This document shows positions 50,454 through 64,000 of a stretch of DNA of 64,000 nt, piece by piece. Position numbers and translations under genes: made by a program. This stretch comes from Moniliella sp. 'wahieum' (Eukaryota). The notes under the pieces were generated by a model that was not told the DNA's origin, ran no database searches, and was given only the letters and a program-made list of their open reading frames with translations. The stretch lies in the NCBI GenBank assembly GCA_003971905.1, contig RSEE01000151.1, positions 1-64,000 on the forward strand, given 5' to 3'. Each line of letters opens with the position of its first letter. Position 1 is the stretch's first letter.

Positions 50454-51057
50454 ATGCTGCCCACCCCGCGTCGCCGTCGACTTTGCCAAGGTCTACTCCC
50501 AGCTCGCCCTCGGCCCCGAAACCATCTCGGGCCTCGCCGCCTTCAAGAAGCGCGCCGACGACGCCAAGAAGCACCTCGTCTCCCTCCAGGCCGAGCCCAC
50601 CACTGTCGACTTTGCCCACTACCGCAGCATCCTCAAGGTGCGTCTCCCCTCCCCCCCCTGTGCACCCTGCGCCCCCGCCCCCCGACCATATCACTGACTC
50701 CTCTGGGTGCACCGCGCTGGCGTGCAGAACACCAAGGTGGTGGATGAGCTGGAGAGCTTGACGTCCAAGTTCCAGCCCGTGACGTACGACGTGGCGGCGC
50801 AAGTCAAGGCGATTGACGCGTTTGAGGCCAAGGCAGTGGAGCAAGCCGAGGCGTCGGCGCAGAAGGTCGACAGCGAACTTGTCTCGCTCAAGGCGACGCT
50901 GGACAACATTGCCCAGGCGCGCCCGGCGGACCAGCTGACAACGACGGACGTGATCAATGCCAAGCCCGAGATCCAGGCCACCGTTGCCGAGATGGTCAAG
51001 ACGGCAAGTGGGGCGTGCCCGGGTACTACGAGATTTGGCACCCTTTCCGTCATCTAA
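50454..51057 (+). CDS. ATP7: Mitochondrial ATP synthase subunit d; intron 50638-50727
   Basis: VDFAKVYSQLALGPETISGLAAFKKRADDA...TVDFAHYRSILK|NTKVVDE...YDVAAQVKAIDAFEAKA...TLDNIAQARP..LT...KW.VPGY.E.FG.L. Confidence 0.95.
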
Positions 51058-52258
51058 TTGCGCGCCCTTGCACTGCACTCTGCGGCAGCGAAAGGTCAAC
51101 CATGCTTTGTTTCCCATATGCTCCCCCTCTGGCGACTCGGAGTGGAGGAAGAGGCTCAGGAAGTGGCGGATGGGGACAGATAGGTGGGAAGGTGCGTACG
51201 GGTGGCTCAAGCGGCGATGCGCCCGGGAGGACGGGGATAGCTGGAAGGAAGGCCCGGTGTGGGCCTGGGACTGGTGTGGCTGGGGTGCCGATGTTGACGC
51301 CCGCAGCAGCATGGGACAGGAGAGGGGCGTGCGTTGCCAGCTTGAGTCAGTCTTGCGACTGTTCTGTCTTCTCATCGCGGGCATTGACGTTTGTCTACAG
51401 TAGCATGCAAAGAAGTGAGAGGGATCGTAACAATACTCTACGAATGGGGGGAGGTCCATGAGGATGCTCGTGGCTCATGAGCGGCGTAAGCGGGGGGGGG
51501 AGGTACAAATCAAACGGGGCTTATTGTTAGTATAAAAAGTGGCAAAGGAAGAGCCGTGAGGAGTAAGCTGGTGTTGGCATTGGCATTGGCATGGCATTGT
51601 CATTGGCATTTGCATCTCGCCTACCATCGGCAGCCGACTCTGTCAATTGGTCATCTCCTCTGCCGCTCGGCCAGTTGTTGGCCCGGAATCTGAGTCCGCT
51701 TCTTCTGACTCCTCTACTGGGCTTGCCTCGTCGTCCCCGCTGAAAGACAGGCGCCTGGGAAGGTCGGGAACGCTTCGCATCTCGTCATTTTCCACATTGC
51801 CACCTTTGTCTCCATCTTGGTCCTCATCCACCTCTTCGCTCTCTCTTCGGCCCGCGCGCAGTTGCCTAACTGCCCTTCCTGCGCCCGCGCCTCTACCCCC
51901 TGCGCTGGCTCGCCTCATCGGCCTCCTCCTCTGGGGACTGGACCGTGCACCGTATTAGTCCATCGCTGGGAGTGCTCAAGAAACGGTCGCGAAGGAAGCG
52001 AGCACGGACAGGCCATTCGCATCCCAACACCACTGCAGGGAATATTCAACTGGACTGTGAGGCAATAGAACATGGGCTGGATCATGCCAGGGACGGTCGC
52101 GTACTCCACAGCGCTTTCCTCGAGGAACCAAGTGGAGGAGGACTGCAGCGGAAACGGTGACCGTCTTAGCGCTATGCTCCCATCCTATTTGACCGACTTG
52201 GGCTGAAACGCTGACCGCAGTCCCGATCACTTCGTTGATGATGTGCCGTACACAAATC

Positions 52259-52457
52259 AAGAAGAGAAGAGAAGAGAAGAGAGAAGAGAGAGAGAAGAGA
52301 AGAGAAGAGAAGAGAAGAGAAGAGAGAGAGAAGAGAGAGAAGAGAAGAGAGAAGAGAAAGAGAAGAGAAGAGAAGAGAAGAGAAGAGAGAGAAGAGAAGA
52401 GAAGAAGAGAAAGAGAAGAGAAGAGAAGAGAAGAGAAGAGAAGAGAAGAGAAGAAAA
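52259..52457. repeat. 199-nt pure polypurine (GAGAA)n-type tract
   Basis: Only A and G on the + strand across the whole interval. Confidence 0.97.
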
Positions 52458-53386
52458 TATGAAACCCACCCTTGCCTAGCTGCCTGACGTGTTCCCGAGG
52501 CCCATTCGAGCAATGCAGGGAAAGTACACAATCGGTACTTTCCACTGCTGTGACGCTGGGACCCCAGTCTCCCCAAATAAACAGGCAAGATACCGATTCG
52601 AGCGGTCCACGTCGGCGGCACTCACAGTGGTCGGTCGGCACAGTGGACCGTATTGAGCACAGGATGGGTAGTTCGCTGCGTCGACGGCTCATCGATCCTG
52701 GCTGTCCCCCCTCTGTGCGGCCATGGCCCCACACTGCCTGCCCCCACCCTTGCATCAACCCGTGCCGATACAGCATCGAGGTGAACACCTCAGTTCGATG
52801 CTTACAGATGCCCTCGCCTACCATACCCGCTGCACCAACGGACATGGTGGGATTCGATTGGCTCCTTTCTGTCCATTCGCCCCTGTCGTAAGCAATGGCA
52901 ACGGTGTCGGCCCGCAGCCTCCTGCTGGCCACTTGCAATCTACAGGCAACTCGGCGGCGCTACATCAGGCCCAGCGTACACGGGCGAGGGAACGAGGCAC
53001 TAAATCATGACAACTAGGGGGGGGGGGAGCGTGTCTGTGTGTATTTTTCGTTTGTCAAACCAACCGAGGAGATGGATCGCCGTTCAGGGCCAGGCCAGGC
53101 CCGGCCAGGCGAGAAAAACAAAAAGAAACCAAAAGAAGAGAAAAGAGAACCAAGAAAATAGTGTCCGTTCCATTGGCCAGGCTGCCCAGAACCGCAGTCC
53201 GTCGGCTTCGTCTCAATCTCACCACATGTTACAAAAAACAGAGAAACAAAATAGAGAGTGGATGGAGCCAAGAGGTGGAGGGTTGGAGGGGGAGGGGGGG
53301 AATAAATGTCCGAGGGGAAGAAAGGGGGATGGGGAGGAACGGCAACGCAACGTCGAGTAGCCTGCCGCGCTGCGCTGCCGGGACGA

Positions 53387-54827
<1,441 letters not shown>

Positions 54828-56785
54828 GGCGGGGGGGGCGACGGACACTCGCCAGCCAGACTGCAGATGGGGCGCAGGTGGCGCGGGCGGTGGTGGCGGA
54901 GACGCACGCGGCGCAGGTACGTAAGCCAGCCGCGGTACTCAGCGCAGCGCTCAGCCCCGCACGGGCCTGTGGGTGGTGGGTATGATGGGGTGGGAATATG
55001 GAGCTTGTTGCCACCGCCGCAGGCCTGCAACTTTCAACCGGCGCCCCTCGACGCTACCCCATGTCGCCGCAGCCTCGCTTCCAGCTTCAATATCCAAACC
55101 GCACGGTGGGTCAATGCAGTCGGCCCAGGTAAGCTGGTCGCCCCCCCCCCCCCGCCGCCCTCCGCCATGTCTGGCTGGGCTCCCGTCGGCGTCGGCATCC
55201 TCGCCTGCGCCGGGCCTGCACCGCCACAAAGGGCCCCAACCAGACCCTCATCCGCTCCTCCGTCCTCCTCGCCCTCACCTGCTGTACCTCATGTGGGCTA
55301 TTGTCTACCTGGCCCAGCTCCACCCATCATCCGTGCATACCTCCTGCCCCCATCCCATCCCCGCTCTTGTCCGCTGCAGCCGCTTACCTCCATCTGCTCT
55401 TCTAGGGCCCAAACGCCCCGACTTGCGCTTTGAGGACTAACCGACCACGTGCTGGCCCCGCGTCGGCAACCCCCACGACTCGTACATTGATCCGTTCTGC
55501 GTCCCTGCCTTCTGCCTTTTCTTTTCCATCCTTCCGACCCCCCTCCCCCTCGAGCGCCTTATCTCCTGCCACTTCCCAATCTAATATTATACCGTGCGTG
55601 CCATCTCCTTCCTCCAACGGCCTTGGGTCCCGGCACACCGAGCAACCTCTCAATCCAGCTGCTTGCAATACCACGCCGCGGCGCTCGACGCCAAACCGGG
55701 CACGTCATTCGTGGCTGATTTGCTCTCGCTTGAGCGGCGGTGATGGCGACGGGCGACGGGCGACCGCTCCCCTCAGGCCTCACTCTCGACAGGGACACAC
55801 TGGGGGCGGTGCTCGAGTACGCGATGCTACCGTCACTAGTCCGGAACGGCCCATGCGTTCGTCGGGGAAAACGGAATTCTCCAACATACACTGCCGGTCG
55901 CTTGTTGGAGTGTCAATCCGCTGAAAATGGTAGCGCCTGCGCGGCGGACAGAACAGATGTGCGTATGAACGAGTGCAGCTATAACGACGAGGTGAAATGG
56001 ATGGGTACTGGGTATTGCATTCAAGGGGACATAGGTCCATGTGGAAGACATGGACCAGCGCAGCAACCAGACAATTGTTGACCCCGCGAGGGGGGGACGA
56101 GATCGTCGGGCATACCAGTGGCCAGCAGAACCGCTGCGCTCCGCGAGGGAAGGGGTGGGAAGGAAAGGGTGTGCCCGCACAAAAATTTGGCCGCTCGCCA
56201 CGCGAAAGGCAGTGGGCGATAGCCGGTAAGCGGTAACGGGGAGAGGGTTGCTCTAGCATCGCACGATAGAGGCCAGACGAGAGAAGGGGCTGCCGGCAAA
56301 GACAGCCCACCCGCCGGCCCACAATAAGGACGCAGTATGAGTAAGGAAGAGAGAAAAGCCGTTTTGCCGGCGCACCCGAAGAAATACGCAGCGCGCAGGC
56401 GCCCTCATTCCGCTCGCGGGCGGACCAGGGCGCCTCCACGAGGGGGCGGCCGGTGGCAGCGGTGCACATTGAAATTGCAACGGAAGTGCGTGTGGTTGAA
56501 ATGTAGCAAGCGACCGCATGTGGATTTGAACGTTTAAGCTGCCGACGTGGAGGGCGAGCTGCAGCGCGGCGGCAGACACACTGCTGCCGTGCGGCGATGG
56601 GCCAAGGCTGGCGCTGTGCCCGTGCGGGATGCGGCACCAGGCCAGTGGCGGTGGAGCGCTCTTGCGCTGCCTGCCTCGAGGCACGAAGGCAGAGCGGGGA
56701 AGCCCACCAGCCAGCCCATCCCATCCGTCCATCCGGCGCTTGTTCCTCCCCACCACCGCCGCCTTGCGCCCGCTCCTTTGCCGCC

Positions 56786-58395
<1,610 letters not shown>

Positions 58396-58772
58396 GTCTG
58401 GCCTACTGCGCCATCTCTGTTGGGGTGCCGTGTTGGGAAGATGGGGCGTGGCAAGAGGGGGACATGCACACAGTGCTACCTACTCACCTACTCTGCAACG
58501 CAATGCGATTAACTTGGTTTTGCTCGACACGAGCTCATGCTCTCTGATAGATAACAGAAAAGCCAGTGTTCGTCTTGTTGTCGTCTTCTACGTTGGTGGC
58601 GGTGGTGCGTTTCCCGGGGGTCGGGTCGGTCGAAGAGGTTGGGAGTTGGTCGGAAGGAGCGCGTTTGTGTTGGTCTACCACTATGCTGCGCCTTGCGTCT
58701 GCACGTCATGCATCATGCACCACTCATCACGCACCGTAGGGGATGCATTTATTTACAGTGCGCTCAGGCCGC

Positions 58773-61569
58773 TCAAGCCAGCGTGGCCGCCGCATGCGAC
58801 AGCACCACCTTGCCCGTCTCCTTGACCTTGGCCACAAACACCACCTTCTTGTCCTCCTTCCACAGCTCCGTCACCACCGTCTCGCCCGGGAAGACGTCGA
58901 GGCAAAGCGCACCTTGACCGACGAGATGGGGCCGTACGTGTCGACGATCGCCTTGGTCGCCACGGCAAACGTGCAGAGACCGTGGAGGATCGGGCGAGAA
59001 AAGCCGCCAATCTTGGCAAAGTCGGGATCAATGTGCAGCGGGTTAAAGTCGCCGCTGAGGCGGTACAGCGCCGCCTGGTCCGGGTTGGTCGTACGTTCCA
59101 CCACAGCGTCCGGCGCGCGCGTCGGCGGCGTATTGACCGCACTCGCTTCCCCACGGTCATTGCCCGTCTTCTTGCCGCCAAAGCCACCGGCGCCACGGAT
59201 AAAGACGGTAGACTGGTTCTCAAACAGTAGGTCCCCAGACTCCTTTTCGTACGTCTTGGTCACCGTCGTCACTGCCGCCGCCTTGCCCTTGTCCAGCACC
59301 TCCAGCAGCGCAGGCTTGTTGACCAACGTGCCCGCCACCGGGATCTCCTTGTAAATCTTCAGGTACTGTTCGCCGTGCAAGAGCATCATCGGGCTAAAGT
59401 TGGGCAGCCAGTCGAGCGGGGAGCGAGGACGAGGCGGCAAACTGCGGAATGACACCAAACGTGGGCAAGGCCTGGAAGTCGTCCGCTTGCTCAAACGTGT
59501 AGTTGAGCTCAGTCGCCTTGGCCCCGACACCGAGGTTGTACAGAATGACATCCTTCTCCTCGTACGTGTACTCCGGCTCAACCGCCTGCTGCTTGGCCTC
59601 CCGGACCAACTCGGGGTCCTCGGGATCAATCAGCGACGCCTCCCCACCTTCCTCAGCCTCCTCCACCTCGTCCCCCTCGCCATCCAAGTTGGCCATAATG
59701 TCGCCCAGCGCCTCCTGCGTGTCCGCGGGCCAGCTGGCGCGCTCCGGGTCAAAGTCAAAGATGCGCGTGATGCGCGCGGCGACCTTTTCGGGGTGAGGGG
59801 CGTCTGGTGGCTAAACGCCACTCCGCCCGCACGCTCCCAGCGCACAGCGGCCACCCAGCCCGACACCTCAAACAGGCCCTTGGTCACCTCGTCATTGTCC
59901 TCCGAAGCCAGGTAGGCAACCAAGGGCGCGACAAAGTCGGGCTTAAACGCATCCACCATCTCCTGGGGCCAAATTGTCGCCGTCATGGCCGTGCCAGCGT
60001 TGGGGCAATGGTATTGGCCAAAATGTTGTACTTGGCACCCTCAATCGACAGGGTTTGCGTCAGGCCCAGGATGGCCGCCTTGGCGTCGAGTAGTTGGCCT
60101 GGCCAAAGTTGCCATACAGGCCAACGGCCGAGGTGGTGTTGACAATGCGGCCGTACTTTTGTTGGAGGAAAATGGGCCAGGCAGCCTTGCAGATCGAGTA
60201 GGTGCCACGCAGGTGCACGGCATCACCACCTTCCACTCCTCATCCGTCATCGAGGCAAACGACTTGTCGCGCAAAATGCCCGCATTGTTGATCACGGCGT
60301 GCAACCCGCCAAACGCCTTGACCGCCGCGTCGACAATCTTCTGCCCATCCTCCACCGAGCCAATCGCCGGCGCCGCCTTGCCGCCCGCCTTCTGGATCGC
60401 CGCCACACCTCGTTCGCATTCTTTTCCGAAAAGTCATTCACGACCACATTCGCACCCGCCTTGCCAAACAAGAGCGCATACGCCTTGCCCAGCCCAGCGC
60501 CGGCACCCGTAATCAGCACCGTCTTGCCATCAAACCGCACCTCGCCTCCTGCTCATTGGCAGGGGCCTTCTTGGCGCGCTCGAGCAGCTCCAGGTGGTTG
60601 GCATCCGTAATCGACGTGGGGTACTCCACTTCGCCATCAAAGTCGAGAATGTCATCAATCTTGGCCTTGATCGCAGCGGGGGTAAACGTGTCATCGGCGG
60701 AAGACGTGGCCCTTGGTGCGTTGACGACGCAGCCCGGCATTGAAGCCGGCACCCGACTCGATCAGCTGACCCGTCACATCCGCATTGGCAGCACTGACAA
60801 GGTAGGCCACCAGTGGCGCCACGTACTCGGGCTGCAGCTTCTCCAAAATCTCCGGCGGCATCACCGTCGCCGTCATTTGCGACGCGGCAATCGGCGCAAT
60901 CGTGTTGAGAATGTTGTACTTGGCGCCCTCGATCGACAGGGTGCGGGAAAAGCCGTAGAGACCCAGCTTGGCCGCACTGTAGTTGGCTGGCCAAAGTTGC
61001 CATAGATGCCAGCGGGCAGAGGAGATGTTGATGATGCGCCATACTAGAGCGAGGCAAAAAGGCAGGGGGGGGAGGGGAGGGGGTCAGCAAGGACCACAGC
61101 AAAACAACGAGAGAGAGAAAAACAACATACCTTTTGCTTGCGCATGTAGGGCCAGGCGGCATGCGCACAGGCGTAGGATCCCGTCACGTGGACCGCAATG
61201 ACCGCGTCAAACTCAGCGTCCGTCATGGCCTTGAAGGACTTGTCGCGCAAGATGCCGGCATTGTTGATCACAATGTCGATCCGGCCCCACGTGTCGACAG
61301 CCTGCTTGACCAGCTTGTCGCCCTCAATGTTCGAGTTGTAGTTGGCAATCGCCTCGCCGCCGGCGGCCTTGATTTGGGCCACGACGACGTCAGCCGCCTT
61401 CTTGCTCTTGTCCTCACGGCGGGGCCCAGGTCATTCACCACCACCTTGGCGCCGCGGCTGGCGAGGAGCACAGCATACGCCTTGCCAATACCGTTGCCGG
61501 CGCCGTGACGATGGCCACGCGGTTCTTGAAGGAGATGGCGCCGTTCTCGAGCTCGGGAAATTCAGACAT
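58773..61569 (-). CDS. FOX2: Peroxisomal multifunctional beta-oxidation enzyme type 2 (two SDR dehydrogenase domains plus hydratase 2); intron 61044-61130
   Basis: Two Rossmann motifs (AIVT..GNGIG and [14 protein letters not shown]), two [27 protein letters not shown], hydratase-2 motif [30 protein letters not shown]; ends [10 protein letters not shown]. Confidence 0.96.
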
Positions 61570-63387
61570 GCGGGAGAAAAAGCGGGCGCTGGGTGGGAAG
61601 AGCGGCGGGCGTGGCGGTGCGCGCGTTAAATGGTCCAGGCGGGGGGGGGGGGGGGTGAAAGGAAGGCGGCGGCCACACGGCGCCAGTGCCGCGTGCCAGC
61701 GCCTGGGCTGCCTGCCCCAGCGCCGCCTGCGCCCGGCTGCCCCGGCCCGGACGCCGCCGTGCCGGGGGCCGGACACCGGCAACCCTACCGCCTAAACCCG
61801 CACACGGCACGGCACAGGGGCAGCGCGGGTGGGGCGATGACGTACTCCTGCCGCCGCCGCGTCAGCGTGCTGCGTGACACGTGAAAAGCGCACGGCCCGC
61901 CCCGCGCCAACCCTAACCAGCTCCCCCACACCACCGGAGCTTCAGCTGGGCTCCCACAGAAAACACGCCACTCGCCGGCTCTCGAGTCCCGCCGTGGGTT
62001 CATATTCAACCTGAATCGCTATGCTAGTACCCCCTTGTTGTGGCCCCAGAAGCCCAGTTGGACAATGCCTCCCTCCGCCCACGCGTGCTGCCCGAAGCGC
62101 AACGCCGCTTCCCTCCAACCCATCATTAACAGCCGCACAGTTAAAGCACCCCGCCCTCTCGGCAGCTCTGCGCTGGTGTGCAGTCTTTCTGAGGGTTCAG
62201 TTGGCACTGCGACAATTCAGTGGCTACTCCAGAGCGTCTTGGAGCTGCGGGCGTCAATGGCTCAGTTGTGCTACTCTTTTTGGATGTTGGCCCGAGCCGC
62301 CGGACTCGTGGCATCGTCCACATGCCCACCACCGTTCGAGAGAGAAGTACAAATGTAGAACAGCTCTTCGATTTACTCCAATTGATTTTCAGACTCGATT
62401 CAACGTGTTGAGAGAGTTAGTACCCATCATGTATAATGTGTCGTTTTGTCCGGGCGCAGGTTACGGTAACAGGAGATGGGAGATGAAGTAGGGCCTAAAT
62501 AGTGGCGGCGCAAATGGATTGCATGTCGGGACCAGGGGCGGAGGGCGATCCTTGAGGCACTGTGGCAGGAGGGCGGTGGGGTCAACGAAGAGTTGTTGCC
62601 GTCGGAGATATCGTCCATCTTGGGGCCGGCCGCGTTGGGTTCAACGGCGCGGCAGTTGGACATGGGGTGGGAAGGAGTGAGGTAGGGCGGGAGAGAGATG
62701 TCAACAAGGTGGGATGGGTGCCAGTTGGGCTAAAAAGCCAAGAAGGCTGAATGGGATCTTAAACCTAACATGTAACAGGAAATGGAGATGGGGCAAAGGA
62801 TGAGGATCATATTCAGCGAGGGGAAAGAGGGCGAGGATATATGCATCAGAGAAGAAGAGAATATGCGAACCAAGTCGCACTAAGAAGGAAGGGGGAGCAT
62901 AGTCAAACGGGAGAAACATGGTCTAGAACAAATCAGGGAGACCAGTCAACCGATGACTAGAAGTATGACCAGGTGGGTCCGATTCCGACACCATACGGCA
63001 CTTGCCAGACTTGTCCTCTACCAGTGCTCCTGTACAGCCTACTAGTACGCTACGACCTTGGACTCTCTTCGCACCCACTCGGACTCTCTTTCACACTTTC
63101 ATTCTTCCGCAGAGAACTCGAAATGGGGCACCTGGCCAGGCGGGGTACGGGGGAGGAGGAAGGGAGAGGTGGGGGCCAAGAAGGGGAGGGGAAACGAGGT
63201 CCAATAGCCTCTGGGTGGGATGCACCGGTGTGTGCGAGAGAGTGAGATGCGCATGTATACATTGTCTGTTCATCGAGGGCTGCGCCGCGTCCCATCTCTC
63301 CCAGCCTACGCACTTACCCGCCATACAGGCGACGTCTGGTGGGCGCACACGTGTCGATTGGTGCGGCTCGCTCTTACCGCTCAGGGC

Positions 63388-63911
63388 TCAGGTACGACAG
63401 GTGTATCCCAGACAAATGCCCAGGACAATGGCAGCGATGCATAGCAGAGTGACAAGAATGGCAAAGACAATACGCAAGACCAGCCATTTGGTCAGGGGGG
63501 GCGGCGCAGCGGGGAACCACGTCGGGCGGAGCTGCCAGCTGTGTATGGCAGACCGTCCTCGTAGCCTGGGCCTGGGCCGGGCCCTGTGTCGTGCGCTGGG
63601 ACGAACCTGGGCCCGGCTGAATAAACGGGAGCATGGGCTGACAGCTCACTCATCTCCACCGGCGTGGCAGACAGGAGGGTAGTGGACGGAAGAGACAACC
63701 GTGTGTCAGGCACAGCCGGGGGGTGGGGCTCGGGACAGGGGAGATGGCTAGGGCGGCCGTCTCGACGAGCGGAGGAGGGGGGCTACCAGTAGCCGTGTGA
63801 GATGTGCCGGGGACAGGCGGGAGAAGGAGGAAGCAGGGGTGTGGGATTGGACTTTGTAGGGCGTAGCGGCGCAGCGGGGGTAATGAGCGTCGCTTGGCTC
63901 GCCATGCCCAT
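63388..63911 (-). CDS. Hypothetical small Pro-rich protein with a C-terminal transmembrane anchor
   Basis: Stitched frames: Pro-rich region, APVYSAG...GYEDGLPY, then KWLVLRIVFAILVTLLCIAAIVLGICLGYTCRT*. Confidence 0.5.
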
Positions 63912-64000
63912 GGTGGAGAAGAGGGAAAAGAAGGACCCAGCACTGCTTGCGTTCCGCTTAGGGTGATCGGGGCGGACCGACCGGTTGGCCAGAGACCAAT

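Noticed and set aside
51643..52940. Possible minus-strand gene with an acidic C-terminus
   Set aside because: No recognisable domain, and the exon structure could not be resolved.
55147..56081. Possible plus-strand ORFs between the CaM kinase and glfA
   Set aside because: No family motifs and inconsistent frames; cannot be separated from GC-rich spurious ORFs.
61909..61919. Telomere-like AACCCTAACC (also GGGTTAGGG at ~30238)
   Set aside because: Isolated 1-2 units only, not an interstitial telomeric array.

Overview
GC-rich eukaryotic DNA from a gene-dense fungal chromosome arm, most likely a basidiomycete. Introns are short, with GTRNGT donors, CTRAC branch points and YAG acceptors. Almost every conserved gene is split across ORF frames by single-base losses, which is best explained as unpolished long-read error, so CDS ends are approximate. 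Recognisable genes in order: SFC1 (partial), PMT1, PET191, an M16A insulinase, a secreted alpha/beta-hydrolase, a PRXL2-like protein, a Zn2Cys6 transcription factor, SEC39, a ZCCHC9-like protein, a single-pass membrane protein, RPS21, a SUV3-family protein, VMA12, URA7, a TMEM41/DedA protein, ATP7, a CaM kinase, UDP-galactopyranose mutase and FOX2. There are five tRNA genes (Ala-AGC, two Val-AAC, Gly-CCC, Tyr-GTA), four of them with introns. Most notable: (1) a full-length, apparently mitochondria-targeted SUV3 homologue whose ATPase motifs I, V and VI are degenerate (candidate pseudo-helicase) and which carries tandem-repeat insertions; (2) an H/ACA snoRNA in the RPS21 intron whose two pockets match the targets of yeast snR3; (3) an 840-bp solo LTR with a perfect 5-bp target-site duplication between two tRNA genes; (4) SEC39 bracketed by inverted tRNA-Val copies; (5) several short motifs that recur in promoter regions.
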